Source of the DNA: a virus
Taxonomy: Duplodnaviria; Caudoviricetes
Virus record (IMG/VR): IMGVR_UViG_3300044796_000031
Coordinates: 1-57,068 of that record
Direction: 5' to 3' (one strand)
DNA: 57,068 nt
The position numbers and the translations under genes were made by a program. The notes under the pieces are model-generated. The model had not been told where the DNA came from. It saw nothing but the letters and a program-made list of their open reading frames with translations, and made no database searches. Below, piece by piece: positions 8,471 through 17,580 of the stretch (position 1 is the stretch's first letter; each line of letters begins with the position of its first letter).

Positions 8471-9655
8471 ATGACTAAAGAAAAATCACAAGCCGAACTA
8501 CAAATTGAAGCCCTAGCTGATGTTTTTAATATTGCGGGGGAAGGATTCGAGGAGTTTTATAAAGTCACCAAAGAGAAAGCGTCAGGCGACTCCAGCAAGG
8601 CAGCTTCCTCGGGCTACTCCAGCACGGCAGCTTCCTCGGGCGACTCCAGCAAGGCAGCTTCCTCGGGCTACTCCAGCACGGCAGCTTCCTCGGGCTACTC
8701 CAGCACGGCAGCTTCCTCGGGCGACTACAGCAAGGCAGCTTCCTCGGGCGACTACAGCACGGCAGCTTCCTCGGGCTACTCCAGCACGGCAGCTTCCTCG
8801 GGCGACTCCAGCACGGCAGCTTCCTCGGGCTACTCCAGCACGGCAGCTTCCTCGGGCTACTCCAGCACGGCAGCTTCCTCGGGCTACTCCAGCACGGCAG
8901 CTTCCTCGGGCTACTCCAGCACGGCAGCTTCCTCGGGCTACTCCAGCACGGCAGCTTCCTCGGGCGACTACAGCAAGGCAGCTTCCTCGGGCGACTACAG
9001 CAAGGCAGCTTCCTCGGGCGACTACAGCAAGGCAGCTTCCTCGGGCTACTCCAGCACGGCAGCTTCCTCGGGCGAGCATAGCGCCTGTTCTGCATTGGGC
9101 TATCGCGCCGCTGTTAAGGGCGACAAGGGCAATCTGATTATGGCCTCCGAATATATCAAAAAAGACGGCAAGATTATTCCTGTCGGCGGCAAAGCAGACC
9201 TCGTAGACGGCAAGAAAATCAAGGCCTGGTGTTGGTACATCGTCGAAGATGCTAAATGGGTAGAAGTTGATTTCACGGACGGCATTTTCTCGCGCGTTAT
9301 CTCGACTCGACAAGGCGTTAAAAAAGTAAAAACCGACGAAGGAAAAACGCTATTTATCGTTTCCGATGAAAACGGCAATTCTGCGCATGGTGAGACAATT
9401 GCGGATGCGCGCGAAAGCCTGATTTACAAGAATGTAGCCAAATTTGAAGGCAAGCTTCCGAAATCAGCCACCGGCAAGGAGTGGATAGGTCTGTACCGCG
9501 CGGTCACTGGAGCATGTGCAGCGGGCGTTAAGATGTTCGTTGATGAATCCGGCAAGAGTCTGGATGACACGTATACATCTGCGCAGATATTGAAGCTGGT
9601 AAAAGGTCGCTTTGGTGCAGAGAAATTTGCTGAGAAAATGAAGGAGGCTGTATGA
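8471..9655 (+). CDS. Repeat protein with 18 x 9-aa AASSG(Y/D)(S/Y)S(T/K) units, probable beta-solenoid
   Basis: SD GGAGA; repeat block followed by non-repetitive C-terminal domains. Confidence 0.8.
   Translation: MTKEKSQAELQIEALADVFNIAGEGFEEFYKVTKEKASGDSSKAASSGYSSTAASSGDSSKAASSGYSSTAASSGYSSTAASSGDYSKAASSGDYSTAASSGYSSTAASSGDSSTAASSGYSSTAASSGYSSTAASSGYSSTAASSGYSSTAASSGYSSTAASSGDYSKAASSGDYSKAASSGDYSKAASSGYSSTAASSGEHSACSALGYRAAVKGDKGNLIMASEYIKKDGKIIPVGGKADLVDGKKIKAWCWYIVEDAKWVEVDFTDGIFSRVISTRQGVKKVKTDEGKTLFIVSDENGNSAHGETIADARESLIYKNVAKFEGKLPKSATGKEWIGLYRAVTGACAAGVKMFVDESGKSLDDTYTSAQILKLVKGRFGAEKFAEKMKEAV
8585..9073 (+). repeat. 27-nt coding tandem repeat, ~18 copies
   Basis: Unit GGCAGCTTCCTCGGGC(T/G)ACT(C/A)CAGCA(C/A). 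Confidence 0.95.
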
Positions 9656-10287
9656 CCCATCCAACCCCACAGGAAGAATCCCCCCGCAGCGATGAGCAAA
9701 TAGCGGCACTTTATGTCGAAACGAACGGCTGCTATTTTGGTTTACAGGGTGTTGACCCATGGGACGAGCCGCGCGATGCTCGCAATTACGCAGGGCCACA
9801 TCCGGTAGTAGCTCACCCACCATGTCAATTATGGGGTAATTTTGCTTTTGTGAATTACAAGAGATGGGGGGGCGAGCACAACAGGCCGGGGAATGACGCA
9901 GGCTGTTTTGCTTCCGCTCTTGCAAGTGTGCGGGCGTACGGCGGCATTCTTGAGCATCCGGCATTTAGCCGTGCATGGGAGCATTATCAATTACCGCGTC
10001 CCAAGAGTAGACGATGGTTCAGCGCTGTTGATGGTGAATGGGTGTGCGAAGTTTGGCAATCAGCATACGGGCATAAAGCGCGTAAGCGGACATGGCTGTT
10101 TTATTGTGGGGACAAAGCACCTCAATCGATGAACTGGGGTAGGCCAGAATCAACGCATCAGATAGGTTTCCATGACCAGCGTGGCAAAGACAGAAACAAG
10201 CCAACGATAAGTGGGAAAGCCGCATCTTCCACCCCTACAGCATTTCGTGATTTATTAATCAGTATAGCAAGGAGCGCCAGAGCATGA
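9652..10287 (+). CDS. C5-cytosine DNA methyltransferase-like protein (atypical)
   Basis: AHPPCQ (motif IV), ILEHP (motif VI-like), QSAYGH..RKRTW (motif VIII-like); no clear FxGxG. Confidence 0.6.
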   Translation: MTHPTPQEESPRSDEQIAALYVETNGCYFGLQGVDPWDEPRDARNYAGPHPVVAHPPCQLWGNFAFVNYKRWGGEHNRPGNDAGCFASALASVRAYGGILEHPAFSRAWEHYQLPRPKSRRWFSAVDGEWVCEVWQSAYGHKARKRTWLFYCGDKAPQSMNWGRPESTHQIGFHDQRGKDRNKPTISGKAASSTPTAFRDLLISIARSARA

Positions 10288-10910
10288 CAAAACCACCAAG
10301 CAGCAGCGATGAGCAAATGATAGAGGCTTTTGAATGTCAGTACGGCTATGATGCCCACGAAAGAGAGACTAATTATTATCGCTGCGGATTAGCTATCTTT
10401 CGTAATGGCGTAGCTTATGCACAAGCCGCCCTTCAATCACCCCCGCAGCCGGTGGAAGACAATGCTGGCAAGACATTAAGTAGACAGCAGATATACGACA
10501 AGTTTTCATTTTTGGAAGGTCTTGTTAATGAGCGCACTTATCGAGAGATTGCTGAGGCCGCAATAAAAATTCAGGCACAAGCCATTGCATCTATGCAGCC
10601 GGTGGATAGCAGCGATGTGGTCGAGAAAATAGCCGAAGCCATTGGCAATGAAATGCGTAAAAAATATGGGTTGGGCGAAATTCCATTTTCCAGAATGAAA
10701 GATACGCAGTCTTCATTGCTACGTTATGCAAAAGCAGCCATCGCCGCCATGCAGCCTTGCGCGGGGATGGGGGAGGATGAGGCGGTGGAGATTATGATTA
10801 GGGCGTATAAAGCCAGCCCATTTTCAGGCTCGCCTCACTACTCATTATCAGGAACGATGCGTCACACCTACCGCGCCCTCCTCGCCGCCATGAACGGGAG
10901 TGGGAAGTGA
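10284..10910 (+). CDS. Mosaic hypothetical protein
   Basis: 208 aa ORF coupled to upstream gene; internal short repeats. Confidence 0.65.
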   Translation: MTKPPSSSDEQMIEAFECQYGYDAHERETNYYRCGLAIFRNGVAYAQAALQSPPQPVEDNAGKTLSRQQIYDKFSFLEGLVNERTYREIAEAAIKIQAQAIASMQPVDSSDVVEKIAEAIGNEMRKKYGLGEIPFSRMKDTQSSLLRYAKAAIAAMQPCAGMGEDEAVEIMIRAYKASPFSGSPHYSLSGTMRHTYRALLAAMNGSGK

Positions 10911-11420
10911 TAGAGATATGGCCATACTTACTACTAACCGCCGTGCTGTTTATCGGCCCACTGTTTGGGGAGGCATAATGTCACGGAATGAAATAGAAAA
11001 ACAAAATCATCGCCTTAGGGAAGGCCTTCAAATAGCTATTAATGAGCTAAGCTATGTCTACCACAAAAGCCATGGAGCACGTCGAGCAAGGATAGGGGAA
11101 ACGATCAAACTTATTGAAAATAAGGCATATTATGGGGTGGAGACATGACAGAGATCGTTGGGTTGAAAAAAGAATTTGCAAAACCTCCGTTTCGCATTTT
11201 CGGACTGACGTTTTGTAAGCACATTTGGAAGGAATATTGGGTGACGTTATCAGAAGATGTTCAGTGCTCTGCACAGCGTTGCGCTAGATGCCTGAAAGAT
11301 AAAAAATAGGAAATGATATGGAAAAGATCATAAAAAATGCCGCCGAATATAGCAGCGTGCACATACCTAAAAATGTGGTGAATAGTTTCACCAAATGGCA
11401 ACCACTACCGGAGGCTCCCC

Positions 11421-11792
11421 ATGAACCATAGAACTCAACAACTACAGGCCTTAGTCAGCGCAGTCCTACAGCTTCGCAATAGCCAATCCCTGACAGCCAC
11501 GGAGTATTCCACTTCCTGGCGTATTTGGGAGGCGCAGGCAAATGCAGCGCTAGCAATGCCACCGCATGATTGGCATTCAATGGATACCGCTCCCAAGAAC
11601 GGCAGGGAAGTTCTTCTTTTCCTCGATGTGGGGCCGCATCATTACCAGCACCGTGTAGTCGGCTCATGGAGCGATGAGCAAGCGTGCTTCATAGACTGGT
11701 GCAATGAGCCTATCGAACTGAATATGAGTAATCAAATCACCGGTTGGACGGAATTGCCAGCACCGCCCACATTTGAAGGAGCAGCGAAATGA
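11421..11792 (+). CDS. Hypothetical protein with DUF551-like C-terminus
   Basis: WHSMDTAPKNGREVLL...ITGWTELPAPP. Confidence 0.7.
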   Translation: MNHRTQQLQALVSAVLQLRNSQSLTATEYSTSWRIWEAQANAALAMPPHDWHSMDTAPKNGREVLLFLDVGPHHYQHRVVGSWSDEQACFIDWCNEPIELNMSNQITGWTELPAPPTFEGAAK

Positions 11793-12118
11793 CCAGCCAG
11801 AATGATGAGAGCCGGGTGGCGTTTGAACATTGGGCGACGCATCCCGAGTGTGGTGGTTTCATGCTTTCCATAGAGCCGCTGGACGAAATGTTCCAAGAGA
11901 AAACTGGGTCTACAACAGATCAATACTACAAAGACCGTGCAACGCAAATAGCGTGGAATGCATGGCAAGCCAGCGAATCCCGCACCAAGGCGAAATACGC
12001 GGAGTTGGCGGAGGCGGTATCAAACCTCAATCCTATTGCCGATATAGAATGGCATGGAAAATGGCGAGTGAAGGCGGTGATCGAAGCCCTTTCTCGCATC
12101 CAGAAAGGCGGGGCGTAA
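11789..12118 (+). CDS. Hypothetical phage protein
   Basis: RVAFEHW...QIAWNAWQA motif common in phage early genes. Confidence 0.65.
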   Translation: MTSQNDESRVAFEHWATHPECGGFMLSIEPLDEMFQEKTGSTTDQYYKDRATQIAWNAWQASESRTKAKYAELAEAVSNLNPIADIEWHGKWRVKAVIEALSRIQKGGA

Positions 12119-12318
12119 TGGCTAGACAATCAGATGAGAAGAAACAAGTTGCATTGCAGTTGGAACTATCACGCCTACGTAAAGACAATGCCCGATTGAT
12201 ACCAATGCTTGAGGCTTTGCGAGATATTCGTAATGAGGCGCAAAAATCTGATGCCAATAAGACGAATCTGCGCAATGGCTGGCTTATTCAGCGAACTACA
12301 GAAGGACTCCAATCATGA
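12118..12318 (+). CDS. Small hypothetical protein
   Basis: ATG at 12118 overlapping upstream stop (3' part of tracked ORF 11830..12318). Confidence 0.5.
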   Translation: MARQSDEKKQVALQLELSRLRKDNARLIPMLEALRDIRNEAQKSDANKTNLRNGWLIQRTTEGLQS

Positions 12319-12524
12319 GCACCCCCACCGAAGAAAACCAAATCTATAATACACGCTATAGAATACGTTTCGGCGGTCTATCCATATATGGTAAGTATTG
12401 GATCCTTGAGCGCAGATTTCTGTGGTTATTTTGGCGCTTCGTGACGCTCGACCATAGTCTTGAAAATTTAAAATTAACGGCTACTAAAATTATCAGAGTG
12501 GAGATGGAAAATGGAAACCGATAA
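12315..12524 (+). CDS. Small hypothetical protein
   Basis: Coupled ORF, 69 aa. Confidence 0.5.
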   Translation: MSTPTEENQIYNTRYRIRFGGLSIYGKYWILERRFLWLFWRFVTLDHSLENLKLTATKIIRVEMENGNR

Positions 12525-12607
12525 TATACCCCCGACACAGCGCATTTACGAGTCATCGTCCGCGCCACCTCCCCATGGCGTCATCGCTAAGACGGGAGGG
12601 TAGGGAG

Positions 12608-12994
12608 ATGAGTAATATTTTTGACAAAATTCTAACGTCAGTGCCAGTCAATAAGCAAGCCGCTGCTGGCGGTATTAACCAAATGGCTGAAGAAAATGAG
12701 CTGGTCCAACTTCAACGAAAGGCTCATGATTTTCAGGTGGCAATTAAGTCTGCGAAAAATAGCCGTATTAGCAAAGATGATATTTACCAAATGGGCATAG
12801 AATTAAACGCAACAAACACGCGGATTTCAGAAATAAAAGGTATACGAAAGCACAGGTCGAAAGCCTCCATACCATTCTTTTTTGTTCGCGCGTGTGAAGA
12901 AGAAATGTCTGGCCCTGAGTTTCGCAGATTTATGAAATTAGCGAATCAAAAATTGGACGCGGAGATGGAAACAGAGAAAGGAAACCAATCATGA
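12608..12994 (+). CDS. Hypothetical protein
   Basis: Likely start MSNIF at 12608 after G-rich SD. Confidence 0.55.
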   Translation: MSNIFDKILTSVPVNKQAAAGGINQMAEENELVQLQRKAHDFQVAIKSAKNSRISKDDIYQMGIELNATNTRISEIKGIRKHRSKASIPFFFVRACEEEMSGPEFRRFMKLANQKLDAEMETEKGNQS

Positions 12995-13521
12995 GCCAGA
13001 TTTCGGAACGGGATAATTGGAACGATGAAATCAATAAAATATGGTCACAAATTCAAATGCTCGTAAAGGCCGACATGCGATACAAAAGCAATCGGCTTCT
13101 ATTATGCAATGAAATATACGATATGCTGCAAGCAGCCAAAGCATCCGCTGGACCGACACATTCAAGAAACAATGGATTTACTATACAAAACGAATCTTCA
13201 ACCGCGAAAGTAATTATTGAATCCCCATCGTCATCTTCTGTCAAAACCAATGATAATGGAGATATAGAAGAACTCTTAGATGGGCCGCTTGTAGTGCGGA
13301 TAGTAGATGAAGCATCCGCTGGGGCTGTGGAATCTCGACAATATGAAACTATCGTGAGATTGAAGGAAGCGCTTGGTAAAATAGGACGTATGCGGTGCTA
13401 TCCTGACCATAAAATCAATACGACTACGCTGGTGTTTGCCGCACAGATAGCCCGTGAGGCACTAAACCCCATCGCTTGCCCACTTCCCGCCTCACCACGC
13501 GATAACGATGGAGAGATGTGA
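12991..13521 (+). CDS. Mosaic hypothetical protein
   Basis: 176 aa; internal 13-nt direct repeat. Confidence 0.55.
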   Translation: MSQISERDNWNDEINKIWSQIQMLVKADMRYKSNRLLLCNEIYDMLQAAKASAGPTHSRNNGFTIQNESSTAKVIIESPSSSSVKTNDNGDIEELLDGPLVVRIVDEASAGAVESRQYETIVRLKEALGKIGRMRCYPDHKINTTTLVFAAQIAREALNPIACPLPASPRDNDGEM

Positions 13522-13684
13522 TGAATAAGGATTGGATGATTATTTCATGGCGTCATAACGATCATATGGACGGTGCGTATGGTCAGTTGATGGAAGAGTT
13601 TAACGGTACCTATGAAGAAGTAACGGATCGAGCACGAAGATATGTTCCGGATTATTCACCAGTTGGAGTTGTAGGAGTTATATC

Positions 13685-13927
13685 ATGACCAATCTATCCG
13701 CCGTCTTGGCTAAGATGAATGAACTGCTTGACTGTGAGGAGGAAAATCTACGCAGTTGCCCACTAGATCTTCCATACGCATTCCGCGAGGCGATGGGGTT
13801 GCTGGAGAAGGTGAGCGAGTATCACCAGTGCTCGGAAGTTCGGGAACTTCTACAATCACACGGCATAGGAGAACGTGTCCAACCAGACATCACCTTCATA
13901 CCAGATCAATCAACAGCGGAGTATTAA
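13685..13927 (+). CDS. Hypothetical protein
   Basis: SD AGGAG; 80 aa. Confidence 0.5.
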   Translation: MTNLSAVLAKMNELLDCEEENLRSCPLDLPYAFREAMGLLEKVSEYHQCSEVRELLQSHGIGERVQPDITFIPDQSTAEY

Positions 13928-14329
13928 TATGAAAACTTACGCCGAAGTCCTAGAAGCACTCAAGAAACGCACCACGAAAATCCGCCCCTATGCCTATCGT
14001 GATCTAACGCAACAGGATCGCAAACGGGAGGATCGACGGAAGCCACTTATGGTTCAGGAAGATGCCTAAAATCCCCCTCACAACCATTCTCGTTGGCGTT
14101 GGCATAGCCTATGTGGTTGGGGTTATAACGATAGTTGTTATGGATACAAAACGATGAACGCATTAGAAGCCAGAAGACTCCGCGCCACTGCATTACTCAC
14201 CATGCAAGCGGCTATGCGCGCTCCCGGTAACAGTCTAGACATTCAGGAACGGCGAAAGCAAGCTACGAAGGCTTATGCAAAGGCTAATGCGGAGTATGAG
14301 CGGCTTAGGAATCTGGAGATGGACACCAT

Positions 14330-14521
14330 ATGAACCTCGGCACAGCATACCTCCAATGTAGTATTTGCCACACGCCAACATTAACTACTTGGGATAACGC
14401 AAGTAACGCTAGCATATCAACGGCTGTTCAATCCGTCCCATCATGCAAGTGTGGCGCTGGTATGATTAATATGCTATACATTGGTGAGACATCCCGCGAG
14501 ATATACGTGCCAAAGGGTTAG
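14330..14521 (+). CDS. Small Cys-containing protein
   Basis: CSIC...CKCG. Confidence 0.45.
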   Translation: MNLGTAYLQCSICHTPTLTTWDNASNASISTAVQSVPSCKCGAGMINMLYIGETSREIYVPKG

Positions 14522-14523
14522 TT

Positions 14524-14685
14524 ATGCAGCTAGTTGTATGCCAGAGCGATTCAGAAATCCTAGATTACCAAATCAATGAACAGCATGTACGCTTTGATTG
14601 CGGTAAATGCGGTCTTAGAAAATTCATGAAGATACGAGAGATTGAAGAACACGCTGCAAAATGTGATCGGTGCAAGAGAAATTAG
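14524..14685 (+). CDS. Small Zn-finger-like protein (53 aa, not in track); last + strand early gene
   Basis: CGKC...CDRC; stop overlaps the stop of the convergent o-spanin. Confidence 0.45.
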   Translation: MQLVVCQSDSEILDYQINEQHVRFDCGKCGLRKFMKIREIEEHAAKCDRCKRN

Positions 14686-14912
14686 CCTCTATCCTGCCAC
14701 ATTGCAACAATGCCGTTATGCCTGATTGCGCACTGGTAATACTCATTCTGTATGTAAGTTATATAAGAATCAGGACTAGAACCAGTAATAGGATCATCTA
14801 ACACTCCGCATTTAGTTAGTGAATCCGAGGGCGGTTGCGCCTGCACGATTTGTGGCGATAATTGATCGCATCCTTGCAGCAGTAAAATTGCACTTAGTAT
14901 CAAGAGGCGCAT
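14682..14912 (-). CDS. o-spanin (Rz1-like lipoprotein)
   Basis: Lipobox LLLQGC, Pro-rich segment, CAIRHNG; overlaps i-spanin. Confidence 0.8.
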   Translation of the reverse strand: MRLLILSAILLLQGCDQLSPQIVQAQPPSDSLTKCGVLDDPITGSSPDSYITYIQNEYYQCAIRHNGIVAMWQDRG

Positions 14913-15156
14913 AGGTAATACCTTTCGTTTGCTCGTGATAAATATTCAGCGCAGTTTCAATCTTTTTTCCGGCTTGATCTGCTGCGTCCTGGCTTTTTTG
15001 CTTTGCTGCGTCCAGTTGGTTTTGCAATTCCAGTTTTCCGGCTTGACACTCTAGGTTTTGCCAATGACTTCCGCACCAGAATGACGTTACTATAGCTAGT
15101 CCCATCACTATCCACCTTAGCATCGCAAGGTTTGTCGTCAACCACGCTAGAATCAT
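14812..15156 (-). CDS. i-spanin (Rz-like)
   Basis: N-terminal TM, coiled coil, C-terminal Cys; position in lysis cassette. Confidence 0.75.
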   Translation of the reverse strand: MILAWLTTNLAMLRWIVMGLAIVTSFWCGSHWQNLECQAGKLELQNQLDAAKQKSQDAADQAGKKIETALNIYHEQTKGITYAPLDTKCNFTAARMRSIIATNRAGATALGFTN

Positions 15157-15358
15157 CTGGGTTCCCCTGTCTGGTTAATCTTCCACCGATTCCTAATGCT
15201 AAAAGTCCCATTGTAAGACCTTCTGCAACTCCATGTGGTGTTTTATCGCGCAATTCTTCTGGGATATACAACCATGCTCCCTGAACTGAAGCAGCAAGCA
15301 CCATGCAATTAATTGAAATCCATCGCCATGATTGACGCCAATCTTCAACAAGTCTCAT
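14957..15358 (-). CDS. Holin (two TM) with long basic C-terminal extension
   Basis: MRLVEDWRQSWRWIS...RLTRQ holin-like pattern; ATG overlaps upstream stop. Confidence 0.7.
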   Translation of the reverse strand: MRLVEDWRQSWRWISINCMVLAASVQGAWLYIPEELRDKTPHGVAEGLTMGLLALGIGGRLTRQGNPDDSSVVDDKPCDAKVDSDGTSYSNVILVRKSLAKPRVSSRKTGIAKPTGRSKAKKPGRSRSSRKKD

Positions 15359-15699
15359 AATTTCGTTGCTACCCATGCAATTACATTTTTAACAAATGCT
15401 TCTGCATCACCGAACAATGCTACCGCTTCGTCTTCCAGATGGGATAGCACATGGGGAGAGAATACAGGGCCAGCACTTGGTTCTAAAGCGACGGGCGCGG
15501 CTTCGACAGTCACAGGCGCAATCGCATCGACTGGGGCCGCTACGGGCTGGGGGAATTCAACGGCAGCACCAGCATCGTTGAGATTGACCGATTCGCCAGC
15601 GGATGCAACTGATCCGGCGCTTTCGTTTGGGACTTCTGCCGGTGGTGTTGCCTCAGTGGCAACCTGTTCATCTACAGATGGGATGGTTTCATCGGTCAT
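15355..15699 (-). CDS. Acidic Ala/Pro-rich hypothetical protein
   Basis: SD AGGAG; between endolysin and holin. Confidence 0.65.
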   Translation of the reverse strand: MTDETIPSVDEQVATEATPPAEVPNESAGSVASAGESVNLNDAGAAVEFPQPVAAPVDAIAPVTVEAAPVALEPSAGPVFSPHVLSHLEDEAVALFGDAEAFVKNVIAWVATKL

Positions 15700-15707
15700 A
15701 AAATCTC

Positions 15708-16085
15708 CTATGCTATTTCAAAATGGTCATAATCGGGTTTAGCAGTCTTGTAATCACCACCCCATATTAACCCAATTTTCTTCCCAAGTATACCCGCAAG
15801 TGAATATCTCTCGTCTTTCCCATCCTGTACCATACGATTATTTTCGTCCAATACAGCGAAATCGAAGGCTTTGCTGGCTGGACTACCATTTATGGTGAAA
15901 CAGTGCTTACAGGTCAATCCCGTGGATTTAGTGACGCCTTCTGCGTGTAGTTGGTCTTCCCTAGCTGGGTCACGCCATGTCTCGGTAACAATCACATGCA
16001 ATAAACTAGCTTCACATTCTGCCAAAAACTGTTTGCATAATGGCTCCAATGAGGGATGAAGGTCATCTAAATTACGGTCTGGCAT
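15708..16085 (-). CDS. Endolysin, M15 family (L-Ala-D-Glu peptidase-like)
   Basis: ETWR..Q, KH, AFDF, WGGD, DYDHFE. Confidence 0.88.
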   Translation of the reverse strand: MPDRNLDDLHPSLEPLCKQFLAECEASLLHVIVTETWRDPAREDQLHAEGVTKSTGLTCKHCFTINGSPASKAFDFAVLDENNRMVQDGKDERYSLAGILGKKIGLIWGGDYKTAKPDYDHFEIA

Positions 16086-16368
16086 AAATCATCCTTGTTT
16101 GCATTTGTGTTTGCACTTGGGCCTGAGAAGAAGATGGAGAGATTATTTTCAATAATTGAGGATAGTTCATAAAACACATTAATGCAGATAAAAAACCCGC
16201 CGCTAACATTTGATTACGGTTTAATTTATCCAGTTTATTATTCACCGTTACAAAGGTTTCACGAATAAGGGCAAAGTGTTGCTCATCAGCTTGAGCATGT
16301 GCAACAAGCAGCGCTTCAGTACTTATGGCTTTATCGCGGGTATTATCTGTTGATCGATGATGTTCCAT
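16072..16368 (-). CDS. Coiled-coil plus TM protein (lysis-associated?)
   Basis: Likely start MEHH at 16368 (SD GGAG); C-terminal hydrophobic segment. Confidence 0.55.
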   Translation of the reverse strand: MEHHRSTDNTRDKAISTEALLVAHAQADEQHFALIRETFVTVNNKLDKLNRNQMLAAGFLSALMCFMNYPQLLKIISPSSSQAQVQTQMQTRMIYARP

Positions 16369-16376
16369 AATGGCTC

Positions 16377-17579
16377 CTATGGTTGCGTCTGAATTGAAAG
16401 GCTGAACGTAATTGCTCCGCTTGCAGTGCATTGCAAGAAGCCATTATTCATGGTCATCTCAGTCCCAGTTAGAACAATTTGATATTGCCCTAAGCCTATC
16501 TCAGTCACAGCATTAGAAGTTGAAGCAGCCGCGCCGCCATCTTTTGATATAACGGATGCCACGGTTAAGCCAGTTTTGGGAGCACCCGTGGTTGCGTTTT
16601 GCATCAAGAACTCGAATGTGGCAGTTGATCCTTTTTTACGGTTGGATGTGATGCCAACAGTTGTCGCAGCGTTTGCCGCAGTGGTGACGGATGCCTTCAT
16701 GGCGGAAGTCAAATCGCCAGAAGTAGCTGCATTTGTCAAATTAGTTACAGTGGTGATAGTTCCAGCAGTGATATTAGTCGTATTGGCTACCGTACCCGTT
16801 GGAAATGTAGCCGCGAGGAAGCCAGTGGGTTGAGTATAGGTCGCCATACGGCTGCTAACAGTAGTATCAAGATTCGATGCGGTTAGACCAGTAACAGACC
16901 CCACGCTTCCTGTAACATTACCAGTAAAAGTTGTAGTTAAACTGGTGGTAATTGTGGTTGCTGCGTTAGTTCCTGCAATGAATAATCCATTGGCTGTCCC
17001 GGGTGCTACCCCGCTTGTATAGAGCGATTTACCAATGCTGCTTGAAACAGTGAAATCTCCCGAAGTTGCATCTTGCCAAACACCCGTAGCAATTGCGGCA
17101 GCAGTAAGTTGATTCGTTACCGTAGTGACGGTTGGAATGGTAACACCACTTTGTGTTGCCTGCAAAAGTAATTTACCAGCACTAACGCTTATTTGGTCAG
17201 TTCCAGTACCGCTTGTAAGTAGGCTTGCATTAGTGGTAACTGCTGTATTGGGCAATGCAGATAGACCAAGATGTACTGCATCCGTTGGATCGAAAGCAAC
17301 CACATAAGCCGCTATCGTATCTGAAGGATCGCCACTCGCTGCCGTGGCATGAAGTGCTATGGGACCATTTGTGTTTGAATCAGTTGCATTACCAGCGACC
17401 TTATACCATCCATTAGCAATCTCTGTCACGGCACCAGATGGAGAAGCAAAAGAGCCGCCATTTTTAGATATGGTCACAGTGGGACTAGCCCCAGTTAATG
17501 CTGTGATATGATCGGATGACTGCACCATAAGAAATAATAATGGCGCACCAGAACTTCCGTTTTTAATGAATATTGTCAT
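16377..17579 (-). CDS. Thr/Ala-rich virion protein with related N- and C-terminal beta domains
   Basis: FLM...TG...ISKxGG...AVTEI.xG.Y occurs twice. Confidence 0.7.
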   Translation of the reverse strand: MTIFIKNGSSGAPLLFLMVQSSDHITALTGASPTVTISKNGGSFASPSGAVTEIANGWYKVAGNATDSNTNGPIALHATAASGDPSDTIAAYVVAFDPTDAVHLGLSALPNTAVTTNASLLTSGTGTDQISVSAGKLLLQATQSGVTIPTVTTVTNQLTAAAIATGVWQDATSGDFTVSSSIGKSLYTSGVAPGTANGLFIAGTNAATTITTSLTTTFTGNVTGSVGSVTGLTASNLDTTVSSRMATYTQPTGFLAATFPTGTVANTTNITAGTITTVTNLTNAATSGDLTSAMKASVTTAANAATTVGITSNRKKGSTATFEFLMQNATTGAPKTGLTVASVISKDGGAAASTSNAVTEIGLGQYQIVLTGTEMTMNNGFLQCTASGAITFSLSIQTQP

Positions 17580-17580
17580 A

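Noticed and set aside
8585-9073. 27-nt array as a CRISPR or TIGR-like array
   Set aside because: Units are contiguous with no unique spacers, lie in frame inside an ORF, and no cas-like gene is recognisable.
8520-9313. Alternative-frame ORFs (RQLPRATPA, PRKLPCWSS, VARGSCRAG repeats)
   Set aside because: Stop-free by-products of the tandem repeat; only 8471..9655 has an SD and sensible flanking domains.
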